Positions 50,743-63,997 of a stretch of DNA of 64,000 nucleotides are shown here, piece by piece (position 1 is the stretch's first letter; the number at the start of each line of letters is the position of its first letter). The notes below the pieces were generated by a model. The model saw nothing but the letters and a program-made list of their open reading frames with translations. It ran no database searches and had not been told where the DNA came from. Source of the DNA: Alphaproteobacteria bacterium (GTDB lineage Bacteria > Pseudomonadota > Alphaproteobacteria > SHVW01); NCBI GenBank assembly GCA_016869645.1, contig VGDO01000005.1, positions 6,885 to 70,884 of the forward strand, in the 5' to 3' direction. Made by a program: the position numbers and the translations under genes.

Positions 50743-51648
50743 ATGCTGAGCGCACGTGACGTCGAGGCCTACCGGCGCCAGGGCTTCCTCGTCATTCCCG
50801 ACGTGGTGTCGCCGGCCGAGATCGCCGAGCTCCGGCGCGTCACCGACGAATTCCTCGCACGCTCGCGCGCGGTGACCGGCCACACCGAGATGTTCGATCT
50901 GGAGGATGGCCATTCGCCCGCGTCGCCGCGCCTGCGCCGGCTCATCTCGCCCCATCGCTGGCACCCGGTCTACGAGGCGATGGTGCGCCATCCGCGCATC
51001 GTCGAGGTGCTCAAGGCGCTGTGGGGGCCGAATGTCCGCTTCGACCAGTCCAAGCTCAACATGAAGTCGGCCGGCTACGGCTCGCCGATCGAATGGCACC
51101 AGGACTGGGCCTTCTATCCGCACACCAATGACGATCTCGCCGCCGTCGGCATCATGATCGACGATGTCGACGAGGATAATGGCCCGATGCTCCTGGTGCC
51201 GGGCAGCCACACCGGCCCGGTCTACGATCACCACGCCAATGGCCGGTTCTGCGGCGCGATCGACGCGGCGGCCACGGGCCTCGACGTCGCGGGCGCCGTG
51301 CCGTGCCTCGGCAAGGCCGGCACCATCACGGTGCATCACGTGCGCATGGTGCACGGATCGGCGACCAACCGGTCGAACCGGCAGCGCCGCTTCCTGCTGC
51401 ACCAGTACCGCGCCGCCGACGCCTGGCCGTTGACGCGCGCACCCCAGGACTTCGCGGCCTGGACGTCGCTTCTCGTGTCGGGCGAGGAGACGCTGGCGCC
51501 GCGTCTCGCTCCCGTGCCGGTGCGCCTGCCGCTGCCGCCGGCGACGAACCAGGGCTCGATCTACGAGAATCAGCGCGAGCTCGGCAGCCGCTACTTCGCC
51601 GGATCGGATGCGGCGGCCAGCGCCGCGCCGGCGCGAACCTCGGTCTGA
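50743..51648 (+). CDS. Phytanoyl-CoA dioxygenase (PhyH) family protein
   Basis: ...WHQDWAFYPHTNDD...GPMLLVPGSH...VHHVRMVHGSATN is the PhyH motif set. Confidence 0.85.
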   Translation: MLSARDVEAYRRQGFLVIPDVVSPAEIAELRRVTDEFLARSRAVTGHTEMFDLEDGHSPASPRLRRLISPHRWHPVYEAMVRHPRIVEVLKALWGPNVRFDQSKLNMKSAGYGSPIEWHQDWAFYPHTNDDLAAVGIMIDDVDEDNGPMLLVPGSHTGPVYDHHANGRFCGAIDAAATGLDVAGAVPCLGKAGTITVHHVRMVHGSATNRSNRQRRFLLHQYRAADAWPLTRAPQDFAAWTSLLVSGEETLAPRLAPVPVRLPLPPATNQGSIYENQRELGSRYFAGSDAAASAAPARTSV

Positions 51649-51649
51649 C

Positions 51650-52825
51650 TCAGTCGATCGGCACCGACAGTTTCCGCAAGACGGCTTCGTCGACCTCGAT
51701 GCCGAGGCCCGGACCCTCGGGCACGCGGATCTGGCCGCCCTCGCAGGAGATCGGCTGCTTGAGCAGCCGGTTCGCCGCGGCGAGCACCACGGGCTGGTAC
51801 TCGACCAGTTTGACCTGGGGCGAGGCGGCGGCGACATGCAGACTCGCCGCGACCATGACCGGCGTTCCGGTGCCCAGGTGCAGCGCCACCGGAATATGGA
51901 ACGCTTCCGCCAGGTCGATGATCGCGACGCCCTCGGTAATGCCTGAGCGGCCGATGTCGGGCTGGGCCAGGTCGAAGGCGCGCGCCTCGAACCAGGGCAG
52001 GAATTCGAGCCGCGTGCGCAGGGTCTCGCCGTTGGCGATCGTCAGGTCGAGGGCGCGCGCCAGTTCGGCATTGCCGCGCACATCCTCGGGCTCGATCGGT
52101 GCCTCGAGCCACAGCGCATCGAGGCGTTCGAGCCGGCGTCCCAGGCGCACGGCGTCGGTCACGTCATAGTTCCACAGCGCGTCGATCGCGATGCGTGCCT
52201 TGCCGTCGGCGCCGTCGATCAGCGCGCCGATCGTCTCGGCGTCGCGCTCCACGCCGAAACCGCCGAAATGCTTGAACTGGCTGAAACCCCGGCTCATGAA
52301 CCCGCGCATGGTGGCGATACGCTCGTCGATCGTGACACCTCTGATGCCCGAGACGTAGACCGGCAAGTCCAGGCGACCGGGGCCGCCGAGCAGCGCATGG
52401 ACCGGCAGGCCGGCCGCCTTGCCGGCGATGTCCCACAGGGCCTGGTCGACCGCGCTGATCGCGTCGATCATGGAACCGCCGGCGTGCCCGCGCAGGTTCA
52501 TCAGGTCGTACATCTCGCGCCGGAGCGCGCGCGGCGCGCACGGATCGCGACCTGTCAGCACGGGCGCCAGGATCCGCCGCACCGCTTGGCCGCTCACCTC
52601 GGGCGCGATCGGCGAGGCCCCTTCGCCGTAGCCGAAGAGGCCGGCGTCGGTGTCGACGCGCACCACCATCGATTCGATGCGCGGCGAATAGATGCCGCGC
52701 CAGCCGGGCTGCACCAGGTAGCTCGATGCGCGCGGCGCGGCGTCTTTATCGGCGTGTCCAGCGCCGCCGAAGAAATCGCCCTGGTCGAAGCGGACGGCAT
52801 AGGCCGTGACGGCCGTGATCTTCAT
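51650..52825 (-). CDS. Mandelate racemase / muconate lactonizing enzyme family (enolase superfamily)
   Basis: Start chosen at MKITAVTAYAV.... The MR_MLE N- and C-terminal domains are present. Confidence 0.85.
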   Translation of the reverse strand: MKITAVTAYAVRFDQGDFFGGAGHADKDAAPRASSYLVQPGWRGIYSPRIESMVVRVDTDAGLFGYGEGASPIAPEVSGQAVRRILAPVLTGRDPCAPRALRREMYDLMNLRGHAGGSMIDAISAVDQALWDIAGKAAGLPVHALLGGPGRLDLPVYVSGIRGVTIDERIATMRGFMSRGFSQFKHFGGFGVERDAETIGALIDGADGKARIAIDALWNYDVTDAVRLGRRLERLDALWLEAPIEPEDVRGNAELARALDLTIANGETLRTRLEFLPWFEARAFDLAQPDIGRSGITEGVAIIDLAEAFHIPVALHLGTGTPVMVAASLHVAAASPQVKLVEYQPVVLAAANRLLKQPISCEGGQIRVPEGPGLGIEVDEAVLRKLSVPID

Positions 52826-52987
52826 GCTGTGAGGCTCCCCCCGCGCGAAGCGCAACACTGTCATTGCCCAGCCAGGAGTACAAGGCGGGCCCGCGCCCTG
52901 GCAGGCGTCCTTGACGCAGTCGGTGGGAAGTCGCTAGCAATGAACCGCGCTTGCGCGTCGGCGGCGCCGCGACGGACGAGGGCAGGC

Positions 52988-53896
52988 ATGGCGAAGGGCA
53001 GTTTTCACGGCATCTACCCGATGCTCTACACCTTCTTCGACCGCGCGGGCGGGATCGACCGCACCGCCATGAAGCGGCAGGTCGACGCCTGCATCGCGGC
53101 CGGTGCCCACGGCATCGCCATCCTTGGCATCGTCGGCGAGTACAACAAGATGGACGTGCGCGAGCGGCGGCGCGTGCTCGAGATCGTCGCGGACGACGTC
53201 GCCGGCCGGGTGCCGCTGGCGGTCACGGTGCCCGAGCCCAGCATCGCCGGACAGATCGAGTTCGTGCGCGCCGCCGAGGCCGCCGGTGCCGCGTGGACCA
53301 TTCTCCAGCCGCCGCCCGTCAAGGGCGTGCCCGAGGCCGAGCTCGTGCGCTTCTTCGGCGCGGTCGCCGAGAAGGCTGCGGCGCCAGTCGGCATCCAGAA
53401 CAACCCGGTCAATCTCGACGTCTGGCTGACCAATGCCGGTCTCAAGACGCTCAACCGCAACCACGGCAATGTCTGGCTGCTGAAAGGCGAGGGGCCGGTG
53501 ACGGCGGTCCAGCGCACCATCGAGGAAACCGAGGGCGCCTACGACGTATTCTGCGGCCTCGCCGGCAAGGAGATGCCGATGAGCCTGCGCGCGGGCTGCG
53601 TCGGCTGCGTGCCAGCCCCCGACTGCATCGATTTGCAAGTCCGGCTCTACGATCTGATGCGCCGCGCCACATCGCAGGCCGAGGCCGAGGCTGAAGCGAT
53701 CCACAAATCGATCCTGCCGCTGCTCCACTACATGACGCACTCGCCGGAGCACATGCTGTGCTACGGCAAGCGCTTCATGGCGCGTCGTCTCGGGCTTGCC
53801 GAAATCCATGCGCGCCAGCCCGCGCTGGCGCCGACGCCGTTCGGCGAGCGCGTGGCGCAGCATCATGGGCAGGACATGGGCGTGCTGCCGGTCTAG
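52988..53896 (+). CDS. Dihydrodipicolinate synthase/N-acetylneuraminate lyase family (DapA-like) aldolase
   Basis: Start at ATG 52988 (GAGGG RBS). GIYPMLYTFFDRAGGIDRTAMKRQVDACIAAGAHGIAILGIVGE is the DapA family N-terminus. Confidence 0.85.
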   Translation: MAKGSFHGIYPMLYTFFDRAGGIDRTAMKRQVDACIAAGAHGIAILGIVGEYNKMDVRERRRVLEIVADDVAGRVPLAVTVPEPSIAGQIEFVRAAEAAGAAWTILQPPPVKGVPEAELVRFFGAVAEKAAAPVGIQNNPVNLDVWLTNAGLKTLNRNHGNVWLLKGEGPVTAVQRTIEETEGAYDVFCGLAGKEMPMSLRAGCVGCVPAPDCIDLQVRLYDLMRRATSQAEAEAEAIHKSILPLLHYMTHSPEHMLCYGKRFMARRLGLAEIHARQPALAPTPFGERVAQHHGQDMGVLPV

Positions 53897-53910
53897 CCAA
53901 AGGTCCGGCG

Positions 53911-57066
<3,156 letters not shown>

Positions 57067-57595
57067 GAGCCGTGGCCTGGGTCGATTCCGACGACGATGC
57101 TGCCGAAATCGTCGTTCATCGGGAGTCTGGCCGGGCGCCGCGAGGGGCCGCGATTCGGGTGTCGCGCGCGATTCGACCACGCGTTGACTTCATCGGCGAC
57201 AACCAAATGCTGTATTTGCTGCGCGCGCGGAGTAAAGCGCGCGCAAGATGACCCGATTGTTCTTTGACTGTCAACTCGGGGGCGGGGTTCTTTGGCAGTG
57301 GGATCCCTGGCCCCATTTCGGCGTGCCCAGGCCGGCCCACCCTCGTGGCGGCCCACGTAGGCCGCGCGGTCGGGGCAAGCGTGAACCGCAGACGAGGGAA
57401 GCCACGATTCTTTTCCCCGGCAATCGTGGTTAATGTTGACAAGCGGCCGGCATTTTCGGTTTTATCGCTCGTGCAGAGTCGGACCCGCAGGCGCAACCGA
57501 GTGCGATGCGTGGCTGAGGCGACGATGGGGGGCCAAATTGCTGCAGGCGCGGGGGCGCCGGCGGCGTCAGCATCAGATCATTGAAGAGTGCACCA

Positions 57596-57937
57596 ATGGC
57601 CGCCCCTGCGCTCACCGGTCCTTTGCCGCTCAATGCCGAAAGTGTGAAACTCGCCATCCCGCGCAAAAGTCCGGGCAGCTACGTGCTTGGTACGATGACG
57701 GACGGCGAGCTCGAGGCACGCCACGTCGGGCGCTCGGATACCGATGTGGCCGACCGGCTGACCGCGCATGTCGGCCAATATCCGTCGTTCTGCTTTGCAT
57801 ACGCGACCTCCGCCTTGGCCGCATTCGAGCAGGAATGCGAGCTGTACCACGCGTACATGTCGTCGAGCGGTGCGGCCCATCCCGCGCGTGCGCCGAACTC
57901 GGGCTGGCGCTGCCCGCGCTGCGCGGTGTTCGACTAG
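57596..57937 (+). CDS. Small standalone GIY-YIG nuclease family protein with C-terminal CxxC
   Basis: GSYVLG...RHVGRSD...DRLTAH...FCFAY...ELYHAY follows the GIY-YIG motif order, and the C-terminal end is GWRCPRCAVFD. The track ORF starts at TTG 57581, and the first ATG is 57596. Confidence 0.6.
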   Translation: MAAPALTGPLPLNAESVKLAIPRKSPGSYVLGTMTDGELEARHVGRSDTDVADRLTAHVGQYPSFCFAYATSALAAFEQECELYHAYMSSSGAAHPARAPNSGWRCPRCAVFD

Positions 57938-58182
57938 CGAAGCCGCCGTCGCCGCCCTTGGATCAGGGCATGTACATCCCTGACGGCGACCAGATAGCCG
58001 TAGTGCCAATAGGCCCGCTCCGGCGAGCCGGCATCGAGATGTCGCTGCTCCTTCCGCGGATCGGGCACCGTCTGCGCCAGCCAGCGCGCCAGGTCATAAG
58101 CGCGTTGCTTGAGCACGGTCCTGATGGCGGCGAGGCCGGTTGGTTTGCGCGCGATCTTGCGCTTTGTGGCTTGACGTCGGCT
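57934..58182 (-). CDS. Hypothetical small protein (83 aa), convergent with the GIY-YIG gene
   Basis: The ORF has genome-typical codon bias. Its 3' end overlaps the GIY-YIG gene stop by 4 nt. No family was recognised, so this is weak. Confidence 0.3.
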   Translation of the reverse strand, partial: SRRQATKRKIARKPTGLAAIRTVLKQRAYDLARWLAQTVPDPRKEQRHLDAGSPERAYWHYGYLVAVRDVHALIQGRRRRLR

Positions 58183-58265
58183 CATGGCCGGACAAATCGT
58201 CCGGGCTCGACGAGCGTTCCGTGAGAATTTTGGGCCGCCCATGCCGATCATGGGCAGGGTCTTGA

Positions 58266-59273
58266 TTAGAAGGGCAAAATCATCGATGCCACGAGGCCGA
58301 GCCCCGTGCGATTCTCACCGGTCAGGCGCGCCGCCCCCTCGTTGATTGCACGTGGATTGACGATGCGTTGCTCGGCGTAGGTGCTTTCGAGAAGGGCCTC
58401 AAGCCGCGCCAAGGCTGATCCAATTCTCGCCACCAGCCCGACAGTCGTCGTGCCGCGCCAGTCCCAAGATGAACGGGTCACGTCGACGTTCGAACGGAAG
58501 AACGCGCCGTCGCAGGGAATGGCGCCGTCGCCGCCCGCACAGTCGTCACCCGTGAGTTTCGCGCGTGAACGCAACATGGCGCCCTTTACGCCCAGGTTGA
58601 GCTGCACACCCTGCGTGAGTTCGAAGCCCACGCCGAGGCCCAATGCGGGGCCCACATAGGTGCGCGACACCGTCTCATTTGCGAAATCGCGAAACGAATC
58701 ATGCTCCACAATGTCCAGGCGATAGTTCTGGCGCCCCCGGCCGATGACGAAGCCGGCCCACGGCGTGAAGGTCACTCCCGGAGCCGCCGTGACAACCTCG
58801 CCCGAAACGCCGATCTCAACAGTGGTCTCGCGGTGCTCGACCCGAAGACTCGTCTGCGCCGGCAGCTCCATGTCGATCTGGACACCGCCACCGATGCCGA
58901 CAAGAAACGGCGAGCCCGCCATGCTCACGACGCCGGCGCTGCTAGCGGCGCCATCGACGTGGCCAACCGAAGCGCTCAGGCGAAGCTCCTTGAGCCAGGT
59001 CGCCATCCCGTCGAGCCGAGGCAACGCCAGACTTCCGCGCAATTCGACGGCCGCCGATCGTTGGTCCAGCCGCTCCGACACAATGGCGCCTCGGCTATCC
59101 TCGCGACCATAGCTGAACTGCGCAGATTGCCAGTGGCGCACACCAATCGCGGGTTCGATCGTCAGGTTGATTGCCTCGGCGGCCGCGGCGGGCCGCGCCG
59201 ACGCAACGACATGAATTGCCAACACGAGGGCCGCCGTCACGGCCAGTCCGCGCGGCACTTCTGGACGAATCAT
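58266..59273 (-). CDS. Putative outer-membrane beta-barrel protein
   Basis: Signal peptide (MIRPEVPRGLAVTAALVLAIHVVASA). The sequence is Gly/Val/Thr-rich and alternating, and it ends in the C-terminal ...LVASMILPF (terminal Phe), a typical OMP signature. Confidence 0.55.
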   Translation of the reverse strand: MIRPEVPRGLAVTAALVLAIHVVASARPAAAAEAINLTIEPAIGVRHWQSAQFSYGREDSRGAIVSERLDQRSAAVELRGSLALPRLDGMATWLKELRLSASVGHVDGAASSAGVVSMAGSPFLVGIGGGVQIDMELPAQTSLRVEHRETTVEIGVSGEVVTAAPGVTFTPWAGFVIGRGRQNYRLDIVEHDSFRDFANETVSRTYVGPALGLGVGFELTQGVQLNLGVKGAMLRSRAKLTGDDCAGGDGAIPCDGAFFRSNVDVTRSSWDWRGTTTVGLVARIGSALARLEALLESTYAEQRIVNPRAINEGAARLTGENRTGLGLVASMILPF

Positions 59274-59373
59274 GTGCGCCGCCTTCCCCCGCTTCCACGG
59301 CAACGTCGGAAATCAGATTAGATACTGCAGCGCCTGGTCCGCAAGACCGGTCTGCGCCCGGCGCCCAACGCAA

Positions 59374-60159
59374 CTATGCCGGCAGCGCCCAGAACTCGCG
59401 GTTGGCGACCAGGCGCGCCACCGCGTCGGCGGCGGCATCGAGCAGGCGCTCGCCCTTCTCGGCCGTGGCGGCGCGCGGATCGCCGATCGCGCCGTGGCTG
59501 GTGCGCGACTTGAACGAGCGATAGCGCACGGCGGCATCGGTGCCGATCACCTCCTTGAGCTCGCGCCCGGTCGGACCGACGGCATCCTGCGCCCGGCCCA
59601 TGTCGACGAGATCGGGAACGATGGCGAGCAGCATCGAGGTTTCGGCCTCGCAGGCGTGGCGCACATTGCTCTGCTTCTCGAGGATCTTGCCGAACGCATC
59701 GGCGGCGAGCAGCCAGTAGGACGTCGTCGCGATCGGCGCCGAGAACTCGATGGCGAAGTCGTTGACGATGGCGGTCAGCGCCGCGATGTTGCCGCCGTGG
59801 CCGTTGAGCAGCAGAATGCGCTTGAAGCCGTGCCGCGTGATCGAGCGCACGATGCAGCGCAGCAGCGCGTGAAAGGTCGCGAGGTCGAGCGACAGCGTGC
59901 CGCCCAGGCTCATGTGATGCTCGGCGAGGCCGCTCCACACGGTGGGTGCCACCACCACCGGCATGTCGCCGTGGTGGCCGCCGATGACGCGTCGTGCGGC
60001 GCGGCGCGAGACTTCGCCGGCCAGCAGCGCATCGACCTGGGTCGGCAGATGGGGGCCGTGCTGCTCGGTCGAGCCGACGGGCACGATGACGACCGCGTCG
60101 CGCTTGGCGAGATCGTTGAGCTCCCAGGCCTTGAGCCGCCACCATTCGAACTCGCTCAT
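59374..60159 (-). CDS. Creatininase (creatinine amidohydrolase) family protein
   Basis: ...[16 protein letters not shown]...LLNGHGGN... are the creatininase motifs. ATGA overlap with the upstream ATPase stop. Confidence 0.85.
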   Translation of the reverse strand: MSEFEWWRLKAWELNDLAKRDAVVIVPVGSTEQHGPHLPTQVDALLAGEVSRRAARRVIGGHHGDMPVVVAPTVWSGLAEHHMSLGGTLSLDLATFHALLRCIVRSITRHGFKRILLLNGHGGNIAALTAIVNDFAIEFSAPIATTSYWLLAADAFGKILEKQSNVRHACEAETSMLLAIVPDLVDMGRAQDAVGPTGRELKEVIGTDAAVRYRSFKSRTSHGAIGDPRAATAEKGERLLDAAADAVARLVANREFWALPA

Positions 60160-60935
60160 CGTTCCCTCCTGGTGCCGCCTTCGCGTTCGAGCAGCCGCTC
60201 CAGGAACGCGCGCGTGCGCGCCTCGGCGGGCTGGCTGAAGATGCGGTCGGGCGGCGCGCGCTCGACGATCGCGCCGCGGTCCATGAACACGACGTCGTCG
60301 GCGACGTCGCGCGCGAACCCCATTTCGTGGGTCACCACCAGCATGGTCATGCCCTGCTCGGCCAGGCCACGCATGGTCTTGAGCACCTCGCCAACCAGCT
60401 CGGGATCGAGTGCCGAGGTCACCTCGTCGAACAGCATGATGCGCGGCCGCATGGCGAGCGCGCGCGCGATTGCGGCGCGCTGCTGCTGCCCGCCCGACAG
60501 GCGCGCCGGGTGGACGTCGCGCTTGTCCTCGAGCCCGACGCGGCGCAGCAGCTCGATCGCCTGCGTCTCGGCCTCGGCCGCTGCCATGCCGCGCACGCGC
60601 CGCGGCGCCAGCGTGATGTTCTCCATCACGGTCAGGTGCGGGAACAGGTTGAAGCTCTGGAACACCATGCCGATGTCGTGACCGCCGGTCTTGTCGGGCG
60701 CCGGGCCTTCGTCCTCGGTGCCTTTGGCCGAGAGCACGCCATCGATCAGGATCCGGCCCTTCTGGATCGGCTCCAGGCGGGCGAGGCAGCGCAGCAGCGT
60801 GCTCTTGCCGGATCCCGAGGGGCCGATCACGACCATGACCTGGCCGGTGCGCACCTCGAGGCTGACGCGGTCGAGCACGGTCTCCGCGCCGTACCGCTTC
60901 ACCACGCGATCGATGACGACCAGAGGCTCAGCCAT
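60156..60935 (-). CDS. Polar amino-acid ABC transporter ATP-binding protein
   Basis: Start at the M of [16 protein letters not shown].... [28 protein letters not shown] and [11 protein letters not shown] are present. Confidence 0.9.
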   Translation of the reverse strand: MAEPLVVIDRVVKRYGAETVLDRVSLEVRTGQVMVVIGPSGSGKSTLLRCLARLEPIQKGRILIDGVLSAKGTEDEGPAPDKTGGHDIGMVFQSFNLFPHLTVMENITLAPRRVRGMAAAEAETQAIELLRRVGLEDKRDVHPARLSGGQQQRAAIARALAMRPRIMLFDEVTSALDPELVGEVLKTMRGLAEQGMTMLVVTHEMGFARDVADDVVFMDRGAIVERAPPDRIFSQPAEARTRAFLERLLEREGGTRRER

Positions 60936-60952
60936 GTTTCGGGTTCGTTGCC

Positions 60953-61618
60953 CTAGACCCGGCTGGCCGCGAGCCGCCGCTCGATCGCCTGGAAGGCGAG
61001 CGCGATCGGATAGGTCAGCACGAAATAGGCGATCGCCACGATGGTCAGCGATTCGACCGGCCGGAAGGTCTCGAGCGAGATGAGCTGGCCGACGCGCAGC
61101 AGCTCGGGCACGCCGATCGCGGTTGCGAGCGCCGTGCCCTTGACCAGGTAGATGACCGTGGTGCCGGTCGGCGGCAGCACGTTGCGCCAGGCCTGGGGCA
61201 GGATGACGAAGCGCAGCGTGTCGGTCAGGCTGAGGCCGAGCACGCGCGAGGCCTGCCACTGCGTGCGGTCGATGCCGGCGATGCCGGCGCGGAAGATCTC
61301 GGCGAAGAAGGCGGCGATGTTGAGGCCGAGCGCCACGGCGGCCGACCAGAACTCGTTGAGGTCGCGGCCGAAGAACATCGGCAGGCCATAGTAGAGCCAG
61401 ACGATCTGAACCAGAGGCGGCGTGGTGCGAAAGAATTCGATATAGGCATAGGCCGGCCAATCGAGCCAGGGAACGCGCGAGTAGCGCATGAGCGCGAGCA
61501 TCAGCCCCAGCACGAGGCCGAGGCCGATGCTCACTGCGCTCATCTTGAGGGTCAGCAGCGCGCCGTCGACGATGTCGGGCCAGTAGCCCACCACCATGTC
61601 GAAACGAAAGCTACCCAT
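60953..61618 (-). CDS. Polar amino-acid ABC transporter permease
   Basis: HisM/HisQ-like permease with the EAA loop ...[34 protein letters not shown]. Confidence 0.85.
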   Translation of the reverse strand: MGSFRFDMVVGYWPDIVDGALLTLKMSAVSIGLGLVLGLMLALMRYSRVPWLDWPAYAYIEFFRTTPPLVQIVWLYYGLPMFFGRDLNEFWSAAVALGLNIAAFFAEIFRAGIAGIDRTQWQASRVLGLSLTDTLRFVILPQAWRNVLPPTGTTVIYLVKGTALATAIGVPELLRVGQLISLETFRPVESLTIVAIAYFVLTYPIALAFQAIERRLAASRV

Positions 61619-61663
61619 GGTGTCCCACCGGGAGCCGGCGCCGGCGCGCTGCCGAAACCGTCG

Positions 61664-62485
61664 TTACTCGCCCTTGATCTGCTCGGCCGTGTAGAACTGC
61701 TTCATCAGGGCCGCGAGCTGACCGGAATCCTTCAGCTTCTTGGTGAAGCCGTCGAGATACTCGCCGAACTTCTTGTCGCCTTTCATGTAGCCGTAGCCGA
61801 CCAGGCAGGTGCCGGTGCGGATTTCGAGCGGCTTGTTGTGGCCGGGCACGATGCGGATCTTGTCGCCGAAGGCGGCCATCGCCGTCGTCGTCTGGTTCGG
61901 CGTGTCGAGCACGACGGCGTCGGCGCGGCCGGCAACCACCTCCTGGATGAGGTCGGCCGAGGTCGACTGGGCGAAGGCCTTGTGCGTCGCCTTCGGCGCG
62001 ATCTCCTTGGCGACCGCTTCCGACCACGCGCCCGACGGCACGGCGAAGATGACTTCCGGCCGGTTGTGCGCCTCGACGGTGGTGAGGCCCTTCGGGTTGT
62101 TGGCGAGCGAGACCAGCGTGCCGCCGATCGTCACGTAGCTTTGCGTGAAGTCGATTGACTCCTTGCGCTTGTCGGTGATGCACAGCGCCGGCACGAGGTC
62201 CCACTTCTTGGTCTCGACGCCGGGCACCACGGTTGCCCATTCGGCGTTGACGAAGTTGACCTTGACGCCGAGATCGGCCGCCATGCGCTTCATGATCTCG
62301 ACGTCCATGCCGACGTATTCACCGTTCGGCCGGCGCGCGATCAAGGGCCGGTAGAGCACGCCGGCGACGCGCAGCTCGCCGCGCTGCTTGATCTCGTCGA
62401 GCACGCTCTGGGCCGCCGTGGGCGTCGGGACCGAGGTTGCAAAGATCGCGGCCGCCGCCGCGCCGAGGATTGCCAGTCTGAACAT
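61664..62485 (-). CDS. Amino-acid ABC transporter substrate-binding protein (family 3)
   Basis: Start at the M of MFRLAILGAAAAAIFATSVPTPTAAQ (GGGAGAG RBS). SBP_bac_3 body. Confidence 0.85.
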   Translation of the reverse strand: MFRLAILGAAAAAIFATSVPTPTAAQSVLDEIKQRGELRVAGVLYRPLIARRPNGEYVGMDVEIMKRMAADLGVKVNFVNAEWATVVPGVETKKWDLVPALCITDKRKESIDFTQSYVTIGGTLVSLANNPKGLTTVEAHNRPEVIFAVPSGAWSEAVAKEIAPKATHKAFAQSTSADLIQEVVAGRADAVVLDTPNQTTTAMAAFGDKIRIVPGHNKPLEIRTGTCLVGYGYMKGDKKFGEYLDGFTKKLKDSGQLAALMKQFYTAEQIKGE

Positions 62486-62565
62486 TGCCACTCTCCCTGT
62501 TGTGCGGGCTCTCCTGAGCTCCGCGGGTTGTCGGCATCCGACGCGCCTGGCCGGCGCGCCGGCGC

Positions 62566-63231
62566 CTAATCGGAACGAAACGCCAGGCTGCTCTGCCGCT
62601 CGAGCGCGGCCGACAGCAGCACCAGCGGCCAGGTCAGCACGAAGTAGATGAACGCCACGAGGGTCAGCACCTCGATCGGCCGGAAGGTTTCCGATGCCAG
62701 GATCCATCCGCGGTTCATGATCTCGGGCAGCGCGATGACGGCGGCGAGCGAGGATTGCTTGAGCAGGCTGACCAGCGTGTTGCATGACGGCGCCAGGATC
62801 AGCCGCAGTGTCTGCGGCAGCACGACCCACCAGAGCCTCTGCCAATGGGCAAGCCCGAGCACCTGGCTCGCATCCCATTGGCCGCGCGGCACGGCGAGGA
62901 TGCCGCCGCGGAAGATCTCGGCCATCTGCGCGCTCGTGCTGCAGGCGAGCGCGCCGGTCACCACCGTGAAGGCATCGAGCTTGATGTCGGCGACGACCGG
63001 CAAGGCGTAATAGGCCCACACGATGTGCATGAGCGGCGGCGTCGTGCGGAAGAATTCGATCCAGGCCAGCGCCACCTGCGAGACGACGGGGATCCTGGCG
63101 ATGCGCACGACGGCGATCGGCAATGCCGCGACCGTGCCGACGACGAAGGCGGCGAAGGTGAGCCCGAGGGTCAACGGAATGCCGAGCAGCAGAACCGGAA
63201 AATCGCCGATCACGGCCTCGAAGCGGAACAT
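62566..63231 (-). CDS. Polar amino-acid ABC transporter permease
   Basis: It is the first gene of the permease-SBP-permease-ATPase-creatininase operon. The EAA loop is ...RGGILAVPRGQWDASQVLGLAHWQRLWWVVLPQ. Confidence 0.85.
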   Translation of the reverse strand: MFRFEAVIGDFPVLLLGIPLTLGLTFAAFVVGTVAALPIAVVRIARIPVVSQVALAWIEFFRTTPPLMHIVWAYYALPVVADIKLDAFTVVTGALACSTSAQMAEIFRGGILAVPRGQWDASQVLGLAHWQRLWWVVLPQTLRLILAPSCNTLVSLLKQSSLAAVIALPEIMNRGWILASETFRPIEVLTLVAFIYFVLTWPLVLLSAALERQSSLAFRSD

Positions 63232-63232
63232 G

Positions 63233-63997
63233 TCAGGCTCTCGTGCGGCGCGTCCGCCGCGGCGCGACCGACGTGCGCTTGGATGCGGCGCGGCTGCGCG
63301 CGTCGATTTCCCGCAGCGCGATCGGACCGATCTCGAAATGGCGCTGGATCGCCCGGTCGGCTGCGGCCTGGCTGCCGGCAGCCACCGCCTCGTAGATCGC
63401 CCGGTGCGCCCGCCAGGTCAGGCGCGATGTCGCCCGGCTGAAACGGTGCGCCGCGCCGTCGACGTGCAGGTCGAGCAACGGCGCCAACAGGTCTTCGAGG
63501 ACTGCGTTCTGCCCGGCGCGCGCGAGCGCCAGGTGGAATTCGCGGTTGAGCGCCTGGCTCGCCTTGTAGTCGGTCGGCAGCGGATCGGCGCGCTCGAGCA
63601 CGGCGCGCATGGCGGCGAGATCGGCGGCGGTCGCGCGCTCGGCGGCCAGCCGGATGATCTGTCCCTCGAGCAGGCGGCGCGCCTCCCACAGATCGCGGAT
63701 GCCGATGCGCTGCATCGCGAGGTGGAAGAGACCCGGATCGTAGATCAGCGGCATCCAGCGGAACGGCCGGATCACCGTGCCTCTGCCGTGGCTGGCCTCG
63801 ATGACGTTGAGGGCGGCCAGGCGCTGCACCGCCTCGCGGATCACGGCGAGGCCGACTCCCATGGATTGCGCGAGGTCGCGTTGCGAGGGCAGGCGGTGGC
63901 CTGGCCTGAGCTCGCCTTTGGCGATCCGCTGCAGGATCGTCTGCGCCACCTGGTCGGGCAGCGTCTGCACGGTTGGACTGGGCCACGCTTTGCTCAT
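63233..63997 (-). CDS. GntR family (FadR/FCD subfamily) transcriptional regulator
   Basis: The wHTH (RLPSQRDLAQSMGVGLAVIREAVQRLAALNVIEASHGRGTVI) is followed by an FCD-type C-terminal domain. The start is at the window edge. Confidence 0.85.
   Translation of the reverse strand: MSKAWPSPTVQTLPDQVAQTILQRIAKGELRPGHRLPSQRDLAQSMGVGLAVIREAVQRLAALNVIEASHGRGTVIRPFRWMPLIYDPGLFHLAMQRIGIRDLWEARRLLEGQIIRLAAERATAADLAAMRAVLERADPLPTDYKASQALNREFHLALARAGQNAVLEDLLAPLLDLHVDGAAHRFSRATSRLTWRAHRAIYEAVAAGSQAAADRAIQRHFEIGPIALREIDARSRAASKRTSVAPRRTRRTRA

Noticed and set aside
57248-57584. 61-aa and 106-aa ORFs in the HK / GIY-YIG intergenic region
   Set aside because: They are Arg/Gly/Pro-rich with no start context or homology. 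The region is better explained as a structured divergent promoter region.
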